From Anthoceros angustus (taxonomy: Eukaryota; Plantae; Anthocerotophyta): 64,000 nucleotides of DNA. The stretch covers positions 1 through 64,000 of the forward strand of contig MU008234.1 of the NCBI GenBank assembly GCA_010909165.1, read 5' to 3'. Each line of letters starts with the position of its first letter. Positions within the stretch are counted from its first letter, which is position 1. A program made the position numbers and the translations under genes. The notes beneath the pieces were generated by a model, which did no database searches, was not told the origin of the DNA, and saw only the letters and a program-made list of their open reading frames with translations. Positions 37,381 to 50,868 of the stretch are shown piece after piece.

Positions 37381-40300
37381 CGCTGTCCAAACTTGGCTCC
37401 ACTGCGGATAAACCTCGAATGCAAATTAGAGAGCAATGGTGCAGGTGCACGCAACAGCTTACCGCCGCCCGGAGCCCGTACCGCAAACAAGCAGCCTTGA
37501 GATGTGTGCTGGAATCCGCCCACAGGAGGTCGCCACACACTGACGGCATGGACAAAACATGTAAACCTCATTTGCAAATCGGGGCATCTTGCTCGTGGTC
37601 CCGACCCGTCGACAAAGAATCGCGCACGCAAGACAGCAACCTATGAATGCCGCAGACTCGCCGTAATTCATGTCCAATTCACAACGACCCATCACGCCCG
37701 CTGTAGGTGCGGGCATCACGCCGCAGCGACGCCACCTCAAATCGAGAACCGGTCCTTCAACATTAGAGCACCTCGGACGATGAGTCGTCGATGGCACGAG
37801 AGAAGGGGTACTTGTGGATTCACGCCATGTTCATCCCGGTGAGAGCGACCGGATGGGATGAATCATTGCATTGGCGGGATGTCCGGGCACGAATAAACAC
37901 TCCCGACATTGAGCGCACGCCGATAGGTGGTGAGGCGGCTATTGAAAGGGAGGAGATGAGCAACGCTAGCGGTGGGCAGAACGGACATCGTACATGATCG
38001 TGAGTCATTGCACTTGCAAACATGTGTTCGGCTACCAGATGCCCCACCTCCTTCACAATTTTACATTCAAACCCGACGGAAGCGGTTGCATTGAAAGGAA
38101 GCGGAAGATGCTCGACGAGGCGCCCATCCTTGCGTAGCCACCTCCTTGATTTGCACTTCGTCCATAGCGAGGATAGTGTTGAGCTCATGCTCTCAAAGTC
38201 TCTATACAACTCCCATGTTGCGTGCGCCATTGCGGTGAAGGCGGTGCACCCGGGGCCGCGTGTTCCATGCTCTTCCGCCGCCCCCAAGTCCATTCTTGAG
38301 GTGTGTAGCTTCACCATAGTGGCGGCTCATGTGAAGCCCCACGCAGCTTTGTTCTATCCGAAACAATCGACTCAAGTTCGCAGAAATCCTCCGGATCGTG
38401 GCCTGCAAAAGTGTAGCTCGATGCGACTTGCCTCTTCCTCCCATTGGGAAATTGCTGCGGTTCGGCGGCCGGGCGGACGGCCCCGCCGTCCCAAAGCTGG
38501 AATCCTCCCCGCCTTCCTCTCAGACGAATGGTCGGTGAAGGCGGGGAGTGTTGTGTGCCTTCCCTTCCTCTCAACCTCCCTTTCGCCTTCAACTTTCGAG
38601 GCTTGCGAAAGTCCCCGCTGCTTCCACCTCGATCCATCACGGTTTGGAGGAGACATAGTTTGTACCGCAGCCACTATCCGGAGGAGGGCAACGCCGCGAT
38701 GGCAAAGGATCCCAAAGTTTGTGAATCCATATGGCATCCATCACACTGCACGATTGACACGCCCAAACATAAGTGGCGTGGGTGGCGGTGACATGTCATG
38801 TCGCTCCACGGTATGGATGGGCACCAACCCCTATCCATCCATTCCGAAGTGGACATGACAGTCATCGACTTTTATTGCGGTGTTGATGAGTAGTACACGT
38901 GGTACAAATGGAGGAATCACATTTCCCACCGCCTTTAAGAATGGTGAAAGTATACCCGAATGTGAGGTATAACTGGCCCCGAACACGACGCCATGCCCAA
39001 GAGACGGCAAAAGCCGTGGCCGACGCTGCCGCCGTCCTTCGTGGCTGGGAGAGAGCAACCTCCGTCCATCGCCGATGGCCATCGCCGTGAATGTGGAACC
39101 CCTCTTCCTCGATGGCCATCGTCCGCGCAGGACGACAATATCCACACAATCACCGCAATGTTGCAAGCAACATCAAGGTGAGGAAATGAACGCTTTGCAC
39201 ATATAAAGAGAAATCCAAACATCCACGAGGTTGAAAGAAATGATCGCCCACAGTCACGGCTTGTGAAACGAGGTGTGACAATCGCGATTTGTGCCGACAC
39301 CTTCCATGCCACATGAGGTTGGATACCATCGCCACCGTGACCATTGAGACTTCCACATTGCCACCCCAATGGCGGATTCCCAGTTGCATGCACACGAAGA
39401 CACGCCCCACTAAGATGGGCGAGCTCAACGCCTCCAGTGCGCTTGGGGTCCTTGATGGCCATCGAGGGGCGGTGCACCGGAGATGGAGAGAACAACAAAC
39501 CAATGGTGGTTCTCCCACCACCGAGGGGCGCCCAACGTGAAGTTGGTTTCCTACACATGCCCATGGCAATTGCAGACGGATGAAGAGAGGAGGAGAGGGC
39601 AAGGGTTGGGAGTGTGCAACCTCCTCGACTATTCCACAAGGCGACCGCATCGCTTGGAGGAGCAACAGATCGCCACAACCATGAAGCGGAGGCCTGGCAA
39701 GGTCATTTAAACCGTGCATGCGATGAGGGCCGGTCAACCACTTGCGTCATGGCGAATGGAGGAACGGGTAGGAATCTTTCATGTCGACTGCCTAAAGGAA
39801 AACGCAGCATGGCGGGCTTTCCGGCTATCGATTTCCATGAATGACCACTATTGCAAGTTGCAATGAGGATGGCGGTGTGCGGGCATAGAGTGGCGGATTC
39901 CAATGCCGCGTTTCTCCGATAAAAAAGGCCACAAACGTCCGTTCCCGACGTGAGGGTTGTGCCATTGCGCCACAATTTCAGCCATGTGTCATCCACCGCC
40001 ATGTCTCCTAGTTGATGGTCAGCGCCCGCTCCGAGACATTATGCCGAGCTGCCACGCAGTTGATGGCGCGGGATCTTATTTGCATATCTACTAGGTTCGC
40101 ATCTCTCTTAGGCTGGTCAAAGAGGAGCAGATCGAAGTGCCATGCCCGTGTGCGAAATGATGATCACGGTCTTCCTTACATCACGGGACATGGCCGCCAA
40201 ATGCTACCGTCACCATCACTTATTGGCAATGGCGCACGGTGACATTAGCGGTATCTTCACTTTGATGAAGGCAACCAAGTCAAGTGGGTTTCAAGTAGGA

Positions 40301-40524
40301 TACATCATAGGGTTCGACCTACCACTTGTCCTTTTGTCATGGCATATTGTATGCGGGCCATGTACTTGCAAGGATCATAATAGATAATGGGCGATGTTTA
40401 TTGCCATTGTGGTTATAATGTCCGCCCGCAAAGGGAAGGGAAAACGAATGTAGGTGGCTGGATGATCTCCGCCCCACTCTTCCCTCCTCCACCACCACAA
40501 GGTTACGACGGGAGTGAAATAACT

Positions 40525-41140
40525 ACTTGGACCATGGTCATTTTGCATTGAACAATGGTCCTTGGTAGTATTCGTGAACAATGCATTAACCATCCTTGGA
40601 CCATGGTCATTCGATTGCATTGAACAATGGTCGATGATATTCATGACCACATATGCATTAACCATGGACCATGGTCATTCGATTGCATTGAACAATGGTC
40701 CTTGGATCTCGAAAAGTATTCAACATGTCGACACATATGCATTAACCATCCTTGGACCATGGTCATTGATTGCATAACAATGGTCCTTGGATCTCGAAAA
40801 GTATTCAACATGCTCAACACATATGCATTAACCATCCTTGGACCATGGTCATTCCGATTGCATTGCGAACAATGGTCCTTGGATCTCGAAAAAGTATTCA
40901 ACACTGTTCGGACACATATGCATTAACCATCCTTGGACCATGGTCATTCCGATTGCATTGCAAACAATGGTCCTTGGATCTCGAAAAAGTATTCAACGCT
41001 GTTCCACCACATATGCAGTAACCATCCTTGGACCATGGTCATTCCGATTGCATTGCGAACAATGGTCCTTGGATCTCGAAAAAGTAGTCAACGTTGTTCC
41101 ACCACATATGCAGTAACCATCCTTGGACCATGGTCTTTTC
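40525..41140. repeat. Tandem array, ~85-95-bp unit, about 7 copies
   Basis: Unit acatatgcattaaccatccttggaccatggtcattccgattgcattg..aacaatggtccttggatctcgaaaaagtattcaac starts at about 40650, 40733, 40819, 40913, 41008 and 41103, with partial copies upstream. Confidence 0.95.
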
Positions 41141-41164
41141 AACTCACAAACCAACAACATCCAT

Positions 41165-41690
41165 GGCCCATGGGCATCCGAGCATTGTTACCAATTTCGT
41201 CCTTGGGTCACGATTATCGCATAACCGCCTTACTATGGGGACATGCCAACGAACAAAAGACGAGGTGTGTGCGCCAAAAGAGCATGGCTAGGTGCGAGCC
41301 ATGAGGCCGACACACCGACAACACCATTCACCCATGGGCATCCAAGCATGCGCCAAATTCCTTGGGTCACGAAGGCGTTCAAATCTGCCGGCTATATATG
41401 TGAAGCACGGGACATGGCGCTTGGAACAGGTGACGGGTGTGCGACGCAAGGACGCTGCATCGAGGCCGGAGGTGTTATGGCTCGCACGAGAAGGTAAAAC
41501 CACCGATTCGGACGTGTTGTTGTCCGGTGGCATGCATGTTGAACGCGGGCCATGGGCGAATGACCATACAACATCCTTGGCACATGGGCATCCGAGCATT
41601 GTTACCAATTTCGTCCTTGGGTCACGAAATATTGTACAAAATTGCCGGGCTATATATGTGAAGCATGGGGACATGGAGCTTCGACAAATA
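41165..41690. repeat. Dispersed direct repeat (3 copies) catgggcatccgagcattgttaccaatttcgtccttgggtcacga
   Basis: Copies at about 41170, 41333 (diverged) and 41583. Confidence 0.75.
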
Positions 41691-42299
41691 GGTGACGGTG
41701 TCCGAAAAAGACGGCATGGGGCATGCCATAAGCGGACACATGGGTATTCGGAGAACGATGGAGGTGCGTGCGGAAACATGGCATCTTGTGGCAAGGAGCC
41801 GTGGCATGTCCTTTCGCCACGCCTCCCTCCCTCCGTCACCACAAGGTTACCACCTTCGGAAAACCCATATCGTCCGCACTCCGGCTTGTCGCGCGTTGGT
41901 TAGGCGCCGCAGCTTGGCGTGGTTCGCTATGGTTTGGGACGTGGACTTCAAGATTTGAGGCGGCTTAAGCCTACAACCCGCTACCATAACCCGTGACTTG
42001 GATGGCGGGAGGGTCCTTCCGTGGAGCCGAATGGAGGCATGGAGGGCCGCATGCTTTGCCGGCGCTGGAGAGGGCAAAGGTTTGGAAAATGGAGAGGACG
42101 CCAGCAGCCGCTGCATGGTCAAGTGGAATTGCACAACGGCCCTGGACGGGTGCCAAAGCCGAGGAACCGAGGCGTGGCGATCCGCCGCCTCTGCAGCGGC
42201 GGAGTGGATGCCGGGAGGGTCCTTCCGTGGAGCCGAATGGAGGCATGGAGGGAGGGGAGGAGGTGCACGAATACCGTGGAAGGTGTTGCCGATGAGGAG

Positions 42300-43500
42300 G
42301 AGGCAGCGGCAACAAATCCTCCTCATTCCGACGTGCTGTCTCCAAGAGGTGGGCAGCTAACGGTGGAGCTTGTGGGTGCAGGGGACGACCTGCCTGACGC
42401 AGACGCGGACTTTGAAAGGGCCCTCCACGCCGTTGAAGAGTACGAAATTGCCCGAGGTGCAGACGCGGCGGACCGCTGTGGGCATGTGGAGGACGACGGA
42501 GGTCTTGCCGAGGACGCACCTGGATGGCGGGAGGGAGAATAGGGCTCTTCTAGAAGAGCTTATTTTGGTGACCATGGAGACTCAAGGAGCGGCGGAGGGT
42601 CTCTCAAGGGCAGTGCGGCCTTTGGAGTTGATATTGCTTGCAGGAGGAAGAGGAGGAGGCCACGAAACACGCACATGGGTCGAGAGGCAGTCGACGAGGA
42701 CACCACCAGGATGAAAGCGGGAGGGAGGGGAGTGGAAAATGGTGGTGAAGAGGTGGACGAGGACCTACCGACAACATTGCGAGGAGAGATAGGGGAGCCG
42801 ATGTAAAAGTTGGCGGTAAGCCACTTGACGACATCATTGCCGTGTTGTGCTGCCGCATGTGGGGGGTTTACATGGTGTGAGCCTACTGTGTGATGGAGGG
42901 TGGGTGGAGAATGAAGATGAGGAGGAAGAGCCCACCGACGAGGAGGGAGGTCCGGAAGGCCTTCCAGCGTGTTGGAGCTAGTGTGCGAAGATGCGATTGA
43001 TGGTACCATGGTCCAGACGACGAGACTTTGAGGGATGAGAGGAAGGTAGAGTACGAGTTCCCTAGTGTAGATCGCGAGGATATCGTGTCCGGTTTTGCAG
43101 GCTTCATGGACAAGAAACCTAGCGTTGGCAAGAAGGTGCGACAGCGTTATTTGGAGGAGAAGGGAAAGATGCGAAATGGCTGCACCCTCCGAACGCCGAC
43201 CAAGGCGTGGAGACGGGCCGTGGAGCAAGCGGTAACGTTGCACAAGCACGGTGGTGTGTGGCCAACCCACAACAAGCAAGCAACTTTCGACTTGCAAAGC
43301 ACGAGCATGGGACCAATCCATTTGGTCCCATGGGAGCAAAAGAGTTCGAGAGAAGGTATGTTCAGGTGGGGAAGGAGCAACAGACAAGAGTTGAAATGGG
43401 CTGCGAAACATGGATTGGAGAGCATGCCGAACTACTGGAGTGGTATGGCGATAGATCGGGGCCTTGGTTGAATAGCTATGTGGTCAAAAAGTGCGCATGT
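42300..43500 (+). pseudogene. Possible CACTA TnpA-like (Ptta/En/Spm) ORF, frameshifted
   Basis: Acidic N-terminal part followed by EYEFPSVDREDIVSGFAGFMDKK...KAWRRAVEQA...WEQKSSREGMFRWGRS. The call rests on location near TnpD and loose resemblance only. Confidence 0.35.
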
Positions 43501-44569
43501 AGGACATGAAGGCGTGAACGAATCGATGTGCATGGCTGCAGTCGAAGGAGAAGGAAAATAATGTGCGGTGAAGGGCACGAAAAGATGGAAGGAACCATAG
43601 CATGTCCCGAGGGGAAGGGAAGGGAAGGTGGAACGAGGAGGGCATCACACTCGGTGATGTCGGAGGCGGTGGGGATGGTGTGGAAGGTGGAGGCGTGAGT
43701 GTGTTGCCACCCACAAGGCGAATCACAAGATCTCTCCAAAAGTGTGAGTTTGGTGGCAATGGCGGGGATGAATTGAATGCGATCATTTTGCCTAACGTAA
43801 CTTGCACAAGCACGGTGAATATGCAGCCTATGGGGCCGGAGTGCAAGGCCCGAAGCGTGGAGGTTAGTGGCTCGAATGCCGCTCAAAGGGTCGACATGAG
43901 CGGGAGAAACGCAGGCCGCTAGCTGGGTGCAAAAGACGGCGTGAAGATGCAGGAGGAGTCGACTCGGATGACGTCAAGAGTCAGAAGCTGCCGCCACAGT
44001 GTGGTATGTGCAAGTCCATGTCAGGCAATAAGCCTGGATTGATTTGTGCTGTGGACGCTGGTAGATTTTGATGCCGCCTTTCTTGCGTTGTGCAAAGCGG
44101 GAGCAACGGCAAATGAAACACGCACCGCAAGCGCATGAGGACATTCACAACCGCCATCGCAGTAACGCGTGGTTGGTGGAGGGGAGAGTGTGAATAAGAA
44201 CTTGCACACGCTTTTGGAGGGCCGAGGACGGTGATGGTCACGAGCAGATGAAGGGAGATCGGCCTCATAGCACGCCACACATGTAGCGGGCATTCCATAG
44301 TTCGTTTACATTGTCCTTCGATATGTTTTAGCGGTTGTGGAATGAACCCGAAAACTATGGCATATGTCTTGCAAGCCGCACATGTTCGTATAAGGGAAGT
44401 CTAGATAGGGAAAACGCACAAATGGGGCGTTTGAAGAAAGCGTAATGCATGTGTCGCATTTGGTGGTAAATGTGATGAGGTATTTATTAATCTATGAGGT
44501 GTATACTTATAACTATGGCATGGTTAGATATCTATGAATTTGTACCTATACATAAAGAGTATGTATTCA

Positions 44570-44594
44570 ATATATATATATATATATATATATA
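44570..44594. repeat. (TA)n microsatellite
   Basis: About 12 TA units. Confidence 0.95.
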
Positions 44595-44674
44595 CGTGTC
44601 ATGTATGTAGGATTAAATACATCGGCCAACCGTATATATAAATGGACATATAATGTAGAATCCTACTATACATA

Positions 44675-46905
44675 ATTAGGCAATAACAAGGGTTTCAGCT
44701 GTGTATATGGGGCTTGAAAAGAAAACCAGGTGTGGACATAAGGGTGCATTGAAGAGGGAAGATGGAAAGAGAATGATACCTACAGGGGGAGAGATAGAGT
44801 TACTGGTAATTGCTATGTAGGAAAAGCAAGAAGGGAAGAATAAAATACCGGTGGGAGAGGGGAGCTCATTGTCACAATCATATTGCAACACAAAGAGGGA
44901 AACAATAAAGAAATGGGTGTCATCCTGGAGCATTAACTAGGAGTGTGAGGTGAAAGGAGAGACCAGGAGCATGTTGTTAAGATGGTAAGAGAAAGTGGAA
45001 AACAAAATCACAAACTTAACACCAAACCAACAAACTTGATGATAAGCTCTTAATGGCGAGGTGTAAGGTCAGGAGACCGCTTGCATGTTGTTAAGATGGT
45101 GAGAGAAGGTGGAGGAGAAAATCACAAACTTAACACCAAGCCACCTAACTTTTTGGGTGTTCCACATGGAAAGTGTTACATGAAATTGTAACAAAGGACT
45201 ATAACATAAGCAAGTTTTCATTGTATATGTTTGAAATCATAAACAATGCTAGCGAGAGGGATGTTGTACTTAGGAGGGTGAGGTGATGAGAGAGAGCCGG
45301 TTCATGTTAAGATGGTGGACATGAAGGGAATAGTGTCAATCTTAATACCAAGCCTAAATAGCATGTTGCAATTTGGAAGTGTTACATGAAATTGCAACAA
45401 CGAAGTAACATAGGCTGCCTTTTCTAGTAGGGGTGTTTGTATGTGTGAAACTAGGAACGTGTTAAATCGGAAGCATGTGAAACTTGGAACGTGGTTTGGG
45501 CATGGGCGATGAAATATCGAGCCGCGTTGGAGTCACACCGTGTGCCTCAGGAGCGGAAAAAATGGCAAATAATCGTGAAAAGAGTTACAGGAACCCATAA
45601 GTACATGCTCCTAGCTATAGACTAATGGACCAGAAGAATGGACCGAGATTCCACACTTTCTGCGTTGGCCAAGAATCTAGATGAGGACCGTGTATCTATG
45701 CACGTAGTGGGTTGCATGATCCACAATTATAATGTGACGCAGCAAGAGTGTTTTTGCATGCCAAATCTCATGGAAATCCATGCGAATCCCATAATTAGGC
45801 AATAAGGGTTTTGTGTATATGGGGCTTGAAAAGAAAACCGGTGTGGACATAGGGTGCATTGAAGAGGGAAGATGGAAAGAGAATGATACCTACAGGAGAG
45901 ATAGAGTTCTGTAATTGCTATGTAGGAAAAGCAAGAGGGGAAGAATAAAATACTGGTGGGAGAGGGGAGCTCATTGTCACAGTCATGTTGCAACACAAAG
46001 AGGGAAACAAAAAAAAAATGGGTGTCATACTGGAGCATTAACTAGGAGTGTGAGGTGAAAGGAGAGACCAAAAGCATGTTGTTAAGATGGTAAGAGAAAG
46101 TGGAGAAGAAAATCACAAACTTAACACCAAACCAACAAACTTAATGATAAGCTCTTAATGGTGAGGTATAAGGTCAGGAGACCACTTGCATGTTGTTAAG
46201 ATGGTGAGAGAAGGTGGAGGGAAAATCACAAACTTAACACCAAGCCACCTAACTTTTGGGTGTACCACATGGAAAGTGTTACATGAAATTGTAACAAAGG
46301 ACTATAACATAAGCAAGTTTTCATTGTATATGTTTGAAATCATAAACAATGCTAGCGAGAGGGATGTTGTACTTAGGAGGGTGAGGTGATGAGAGAGAGC
46401 CCGGGTTCATGTTAAGATGGTGACAGAGAGGGAATAGTGTCAATCTTAATACCATGCCTAAATAGCATGTTGCAATTTGGAAGTGTTACATGAAATTGCA
46501 ATAACGACTGTAACATAGGCTGCCTTTTCTAGTAGGGGTGTTTGTATGTGTGAAACTAGGAACGTGTTAAACTTGGAAGCATGTGAAACTTGGAACGTGT
46601 TTGGCTGTGGACAGAAAAATATCAGGCCGCGTTGGAGTCACACCGCGTGCAGCTCCAGGAGGAGCGGAAAAAAATGGCAAAACACCGTGAAAAGAGTTAC
46701 AGGGAACCGGATAAGTACATGCTCCTAGCTATAGACTAATGGACCGGAAGGCGAGATTCCACACTTTCTGCGTTGGCCAAAGAATCTAGATGAGGACTGC
46801 CGTGTATCTATGCACGTAGTGGGTTGCATGATCCACAATTATACGTACGCAGCAAGAGTGTTTTTGCATTATGCCAACTTGCGGAACGATGCGAATCTGA
46901 CAATT
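44675..46905 (+). repeat. Tandem duplication of a ~1.12-kb unit (44675-45790 / 45795-46905) that includes the 5' coding part of the DUF7869-like transposase
   Basis: Both copies start aattaggcaataa...gtgtatatggggcttgaaaagaaaacc and end ...gcaagagtgtttttgcat...tgcgaatc. Confidence 0.9.
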
Positions 46906-47084
46906 AGGATTATAAAAGATGTTGTTCTTAATTATAAAGGAGTGCTACCCAAAGTGCTCTATTTGCAGCTTGACAACACTTGCTGAGAAAACAAGAACCA
47001 GCTGTTGTTTGCGTATTTGAACATGCTAGTTGATATGGGAACTTTTCAGAAGGTGAAGGTTGGGTTCCTCCTGGTTGGGCACAC
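46540..47084 (+). pseudogene. DUF7869-type (Sola-like) DDE DNA transposase, 5' part, interrupted by the Copia insertion
   Basis: AID.MD..K.EIPHFLRWPKNLDEDCRVSMHVVGCMIHN...DANLTI...LPKVLYLQLDNTC*ENKNQLLFAYLNMLVDMGTFQKVKVGFLLVGHT. The stop is a TGA where CGA (Arg) is expected. The superfamily assignment is tentative. Confidence 0.8.
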
Positions 47085-47628
47085 TGAAGATTTTATGGAC
47101 TAATGTAGATCAATTAAACATTATAGAATAATTACATTGTTGGATCAAGAAAGAAGTAAGTTGCTTATGCATGAAAAGACAACTAAAACTAAATTTAATG
47201 AAACGTTGTATCTATAAACTTAGAGACGTAACCCTAATGAAACGACACCATATCTAGTAAACCCTAGCTTATCATATCTTGGTAATATATGGATAACTTA
47301 AACCCCTAAACCCTAACTATGATATCAACATTGTATATCATTACTCCCACTTGTTGTAAATAGTTAGGTACAGTCCCTTCAGCTGTGAATTGCTCGTGAG
47401 ACTGCGGAGTTGAGCTCCGGGTTTGCCAATCTTCTGGTTTTGCCATCTTGTGGTGGTAGAGCTTTACGCCCCATCTTCATGTCTTTTACGGACACTATGG
47501 AGTGCTGTTGTACTAGTGTGAAGCCAGCTGAGTACAGGTTGGCTCCCTTTATAATTCTCCTTTACGCTCTCTGCCTCATATGCATCGATCGCCTTGAGAG
47601 AAGGTTTGCAGTCCTGAGCCATATCGAG

Positions 47629-48577
47629 ATGGCGTCACTGTCTTCAGAGTCTGAGGGTACTTTGCCCAAGAAACCGCAGCAGCCCAGAAATGCTCTAGGC
47701 CAGTTTGCTAGAGCAGCTGCCTGCGACCAAGAGGAGACTTCTGAACTTCCTGCAGCGGTTAAAGGGGGCGTGAAGAGAGAACGTGGGCGCCCCAAAGGAA
47801 CCACCAAGGAGTTTCTGCAGCGACGAGAGGCTGCAGCTAAACAAGAAAACATGGGCGGCCCTTCTTCATCGCGTGTCACTCCTTCTGGGCCAAGAGCGGC
47901 AACAAGAGTAAAAGCAAATCCTCCACATGTTCACCCTGATTTTGGCTTTTCTGAGAACGAAGCTAACCCTTGTGAGGACCCAAGCTTTCCCAAGCCTACA
48001 GACCTGTTCAAGGAAACCCAAATTGTCTCCTACGGCACCATGAAGCACCCTCGCACCCCTATGTGGTATAGGGTTCATGTGGGCAGTACTAAAACTGTGA
48101 TGCGCCGTATCAAAGTTGAAGATTGCTGGGCGTATCCTCACCATGTTGTTAGCACGTATAGTAAGTCCCAAATTCCATTCCTGTTGCAGCATTTTTCCTG
48201 TTTTGTGTGTGTGTGAGGCTAACCTAGCTCCCACTGTTTGTGCAGGATCTAACATACGCATCGAAGAAGAGTCGACCTCGATCAAGACAATCTCAAGGCA
48301 AGAAGGCGTGGAGAAGACCCACCGTTCCTTGAAGTCCGATCCTTCCAAGAGGAGGAAGATGAGAGTCAAAGCCTGCCTGGGTGAGTCACCTGTGGGGACT
48401 CATACTCTCGTGTCTCGTGATGAGACTCTTTTAATGACTACAGATGATGAACACTCTTCCTTGGGTGTAGTTAGAGTTACGCAGCATGGATTTTACTTTG
48501 TCGCATCTGCCAAGGAACTCCGAGGAGTCTCCAAGGCCAAGACTTTTAACATGTTTCTCGTGAAGCTCTTTTCCTAG
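47629..48577 (+). CDS. Antisense accessory ORF in the Copia 3' region: RxxxGxF motif, AT-hook and chromo/chromoshadow-like segment
   Basis: MASLSSESEG...RNALGQF; KRERGRPKG (47773-47799); FKETQIVSYGT...WYRVHV...YPHHVVSTYSKSQI (48001-48180). It continues after a slip in a (TG)n run at ~48210 to the stop at 48577. Confidence 0.65.
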
Positions 48578-49886
48578 AGCCTTAGTCAATATGTCTGGAT
48601 TGTCTTGCGTTGCCACATACTCGAGGTTGATTTTACCCGCCTTGATTAGGTCTCGATAAAATGATACTCAACCTCGATATGCTTTGTCCTTGCATGAAAT
48701 ACGGGTTCGAGCAAGTGACATGGAGCCTGTCGGTCCTTATGAGCGTATGTAGGTAATGGTATACCCATTTCGCTAAGGAGTAGCTTGCACCAAATGATCT
48801 CTTTGCAAGCTGTAAGGACTCTATATTCCTCGACGCTCGAGAGCAACTGTTCGCTTGCTCATCCAAAGAATCGGTCCACCGCTATGCTCACAACGTAACG
48901 AACAGATCTCTGTTGTCCACGTTTCCAACATAGTCGAATCGGTGAAGACCTCGAGTTCAAGTTGCATCTGTGTGTGGCAATATTTTATCCTCGATGTGGT
49001 GTCCCTTCAAGTATCTAAAGACTCTTTTAATGCTTGTCCGGTGCTCTCGGGTTCTCCGAACTGTGAGAGAGCGCTAGTAGCAAAGGCAACTTCCATACGA
49101 GTAGTGTTTCGCATATATGAGCTTTCCAATGACTGCCTATAAGGTACTAACATCCTTTCCTTCTCTACATGTTTGTGGGGACATTTCGCACTTAGCTTGA
49201 TTCCACTTGGTAGGGGTGTAGCAGCTGGCTTTGCATCCTTCAAACCTAGCTGTTCTGCACTTTCAAGTATGTATCTTGGTTGTGAGAGTGTGATAACCCT
49301 GCGTTTCCTGTTCCGCTGAACATGTATACCAAGACAACTCTGAAGATCACCAAGGCTGGACATCTTAAACTTAGTTGCAAGCAGGTCAGTAATCTTTTGA
49401 TAAAACCTGCATCGTTACTTGACAAGATCAGTCATCTACATAGACTGCTAGGTAACAGACGATGTCACCTTTCTTGTAGATGTACAGGCTACCATCTGCT
49501 CGGCTTTTGGTGAAACCTAATACTAAAAGCTCAGCATCAAGTTCTGCGTTCCAAGCCATTGCAGACTGCTTCAACCCGTACAGAGTCTTGATAAGTTTAC
49601 ATACATAATCCTCCTTTCCTTTGACTACATAGCCAGGAGGCTGCTGCATATATATTTCTGTGTCAAGCTTGCCATTCAAGAATGCTGTTTTGACATCAAA
49701 CATTTGCAGTTCATAGTCCTTATAGGCTGATATTGCACATAATGCTCGTATGGTTGGCAGTTTCACAACTGGAGCGAATGTCTCCAAATAGTCCAAGCCT
49801 GGAACTTGTGAAAATCCACGAGCCACTAGTCTTGCCTTGTACCTATCGAAGGTACCATCAGCCTTGACTTTCAATTTGAAGACCCA
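48431..49886 (-). CDS. pol: Copia reverse transcriptase and RNase H
   Basis: WVFKLKVKADGTFDRYKARLVARGFSQVPGLDYLETFAPV...FDVKTAFLNG...LYGLKQS...YLAVYVDD; PVFHARTKHIEVEYHF; DILTKAL. Confidence 0.95.
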
Positions 49887-50868
49887 TGTGGAACATAAAA
49901 GTTTGGGCAACCAGCCCAAAAGAGCCCGAAGACGAACAAGTTTGATTTTTTTTGGCTAAGAACGATCGAAGAGGAGCATGCCGAAAACTTCCGAGAATCT
50001 TAAAGGAGTTGTAAGATTGTTAGGAAGGCAAAAGGATATCCCAAGGAAGAATGGGTCGAAATGACCCCAGACGAGGCGGGTGAGGGCAAAGAAGGTCGGT
50101 ATCACTCCGAGGTCGCCACACCACGCCGGTATGAGAAAAGAAGGGACCATCATGTAAGTCGCGTATCATCATGTAGGTCGACAATCTCCAAAAGCAATGA
50201 ATATAAGGGGATATCCACTATATATGCTCATCAATAGGGAATAAATATTAAGTGATTAGCAAGCGATTAATTAGGAATAGCGGTAGGATAGGAAAATAGG
50301 TAGAATTAGGATTTTGGAATGATGAATCCAATCTAGGGTTGTGCGCCTGTGGCGACATCCAAAGAGGCAAAAGCTTTGGCGCCAACTTCCTTCGAATCGA
50401 GGTAAACTCACTGAGGAGCCGGAGCGGAGCGCAAGAGAAGGGAGAGAAAAGCCGCCACCACCCCAGCACCGAGTCGAGGCGAGGAGAGCGGCGCATCGAG
50501 CAAGGAGAAAACCCTAGGCGAGAAGAAAAGGGCGGCCAGCATCGAGAATCCTGAATCTGTGAAAAGAGACACATTTAGAGGAGCTGTCAAGGCGAGGCGC
50601 GAGGTTGGCGCCGGGAGCGTACAAAGTTGAAGAAATTGAGAGTAAAAGAGGAAGGATCACGACCACCCACCGGCGGCGCCCTGCCCTGAAGAGATTGCGA
50701 GGGAATTGGCGACAACGGAGGCGCACCGAGCCTAACGTTGGAATTGTGGATTGGAAGTGGTTTTGTTTTCGGTCTCTAGAAGAAGGAGTGTTGGGAGCGA
50801 GGCCTCGAGACTGTCAAATTGGAGAGTAATTTCCTTCCTTGTAAGCGTTTGGGAAGCAGAACGCCACC

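Noticed and set aside
40375-41304. Repetitive protein ORFs (MDHGHSDCIANNGPWISKK...)
   Set aside because: These are translations of the non-triplet tandem array in several frames.
47296-47318. Telomere-like aaacccctaaaccctaa (also ~59291)
   Set aside because: Only two units, located inside the Copia LTR; not a telomeric array.
49887-49919. Apparent RT N-terminus MGWLPKLLCST, suggesting two different Copia elements
   Set aside because: These bases belong to the inserted solo LTR; the true RT continues at 55289.
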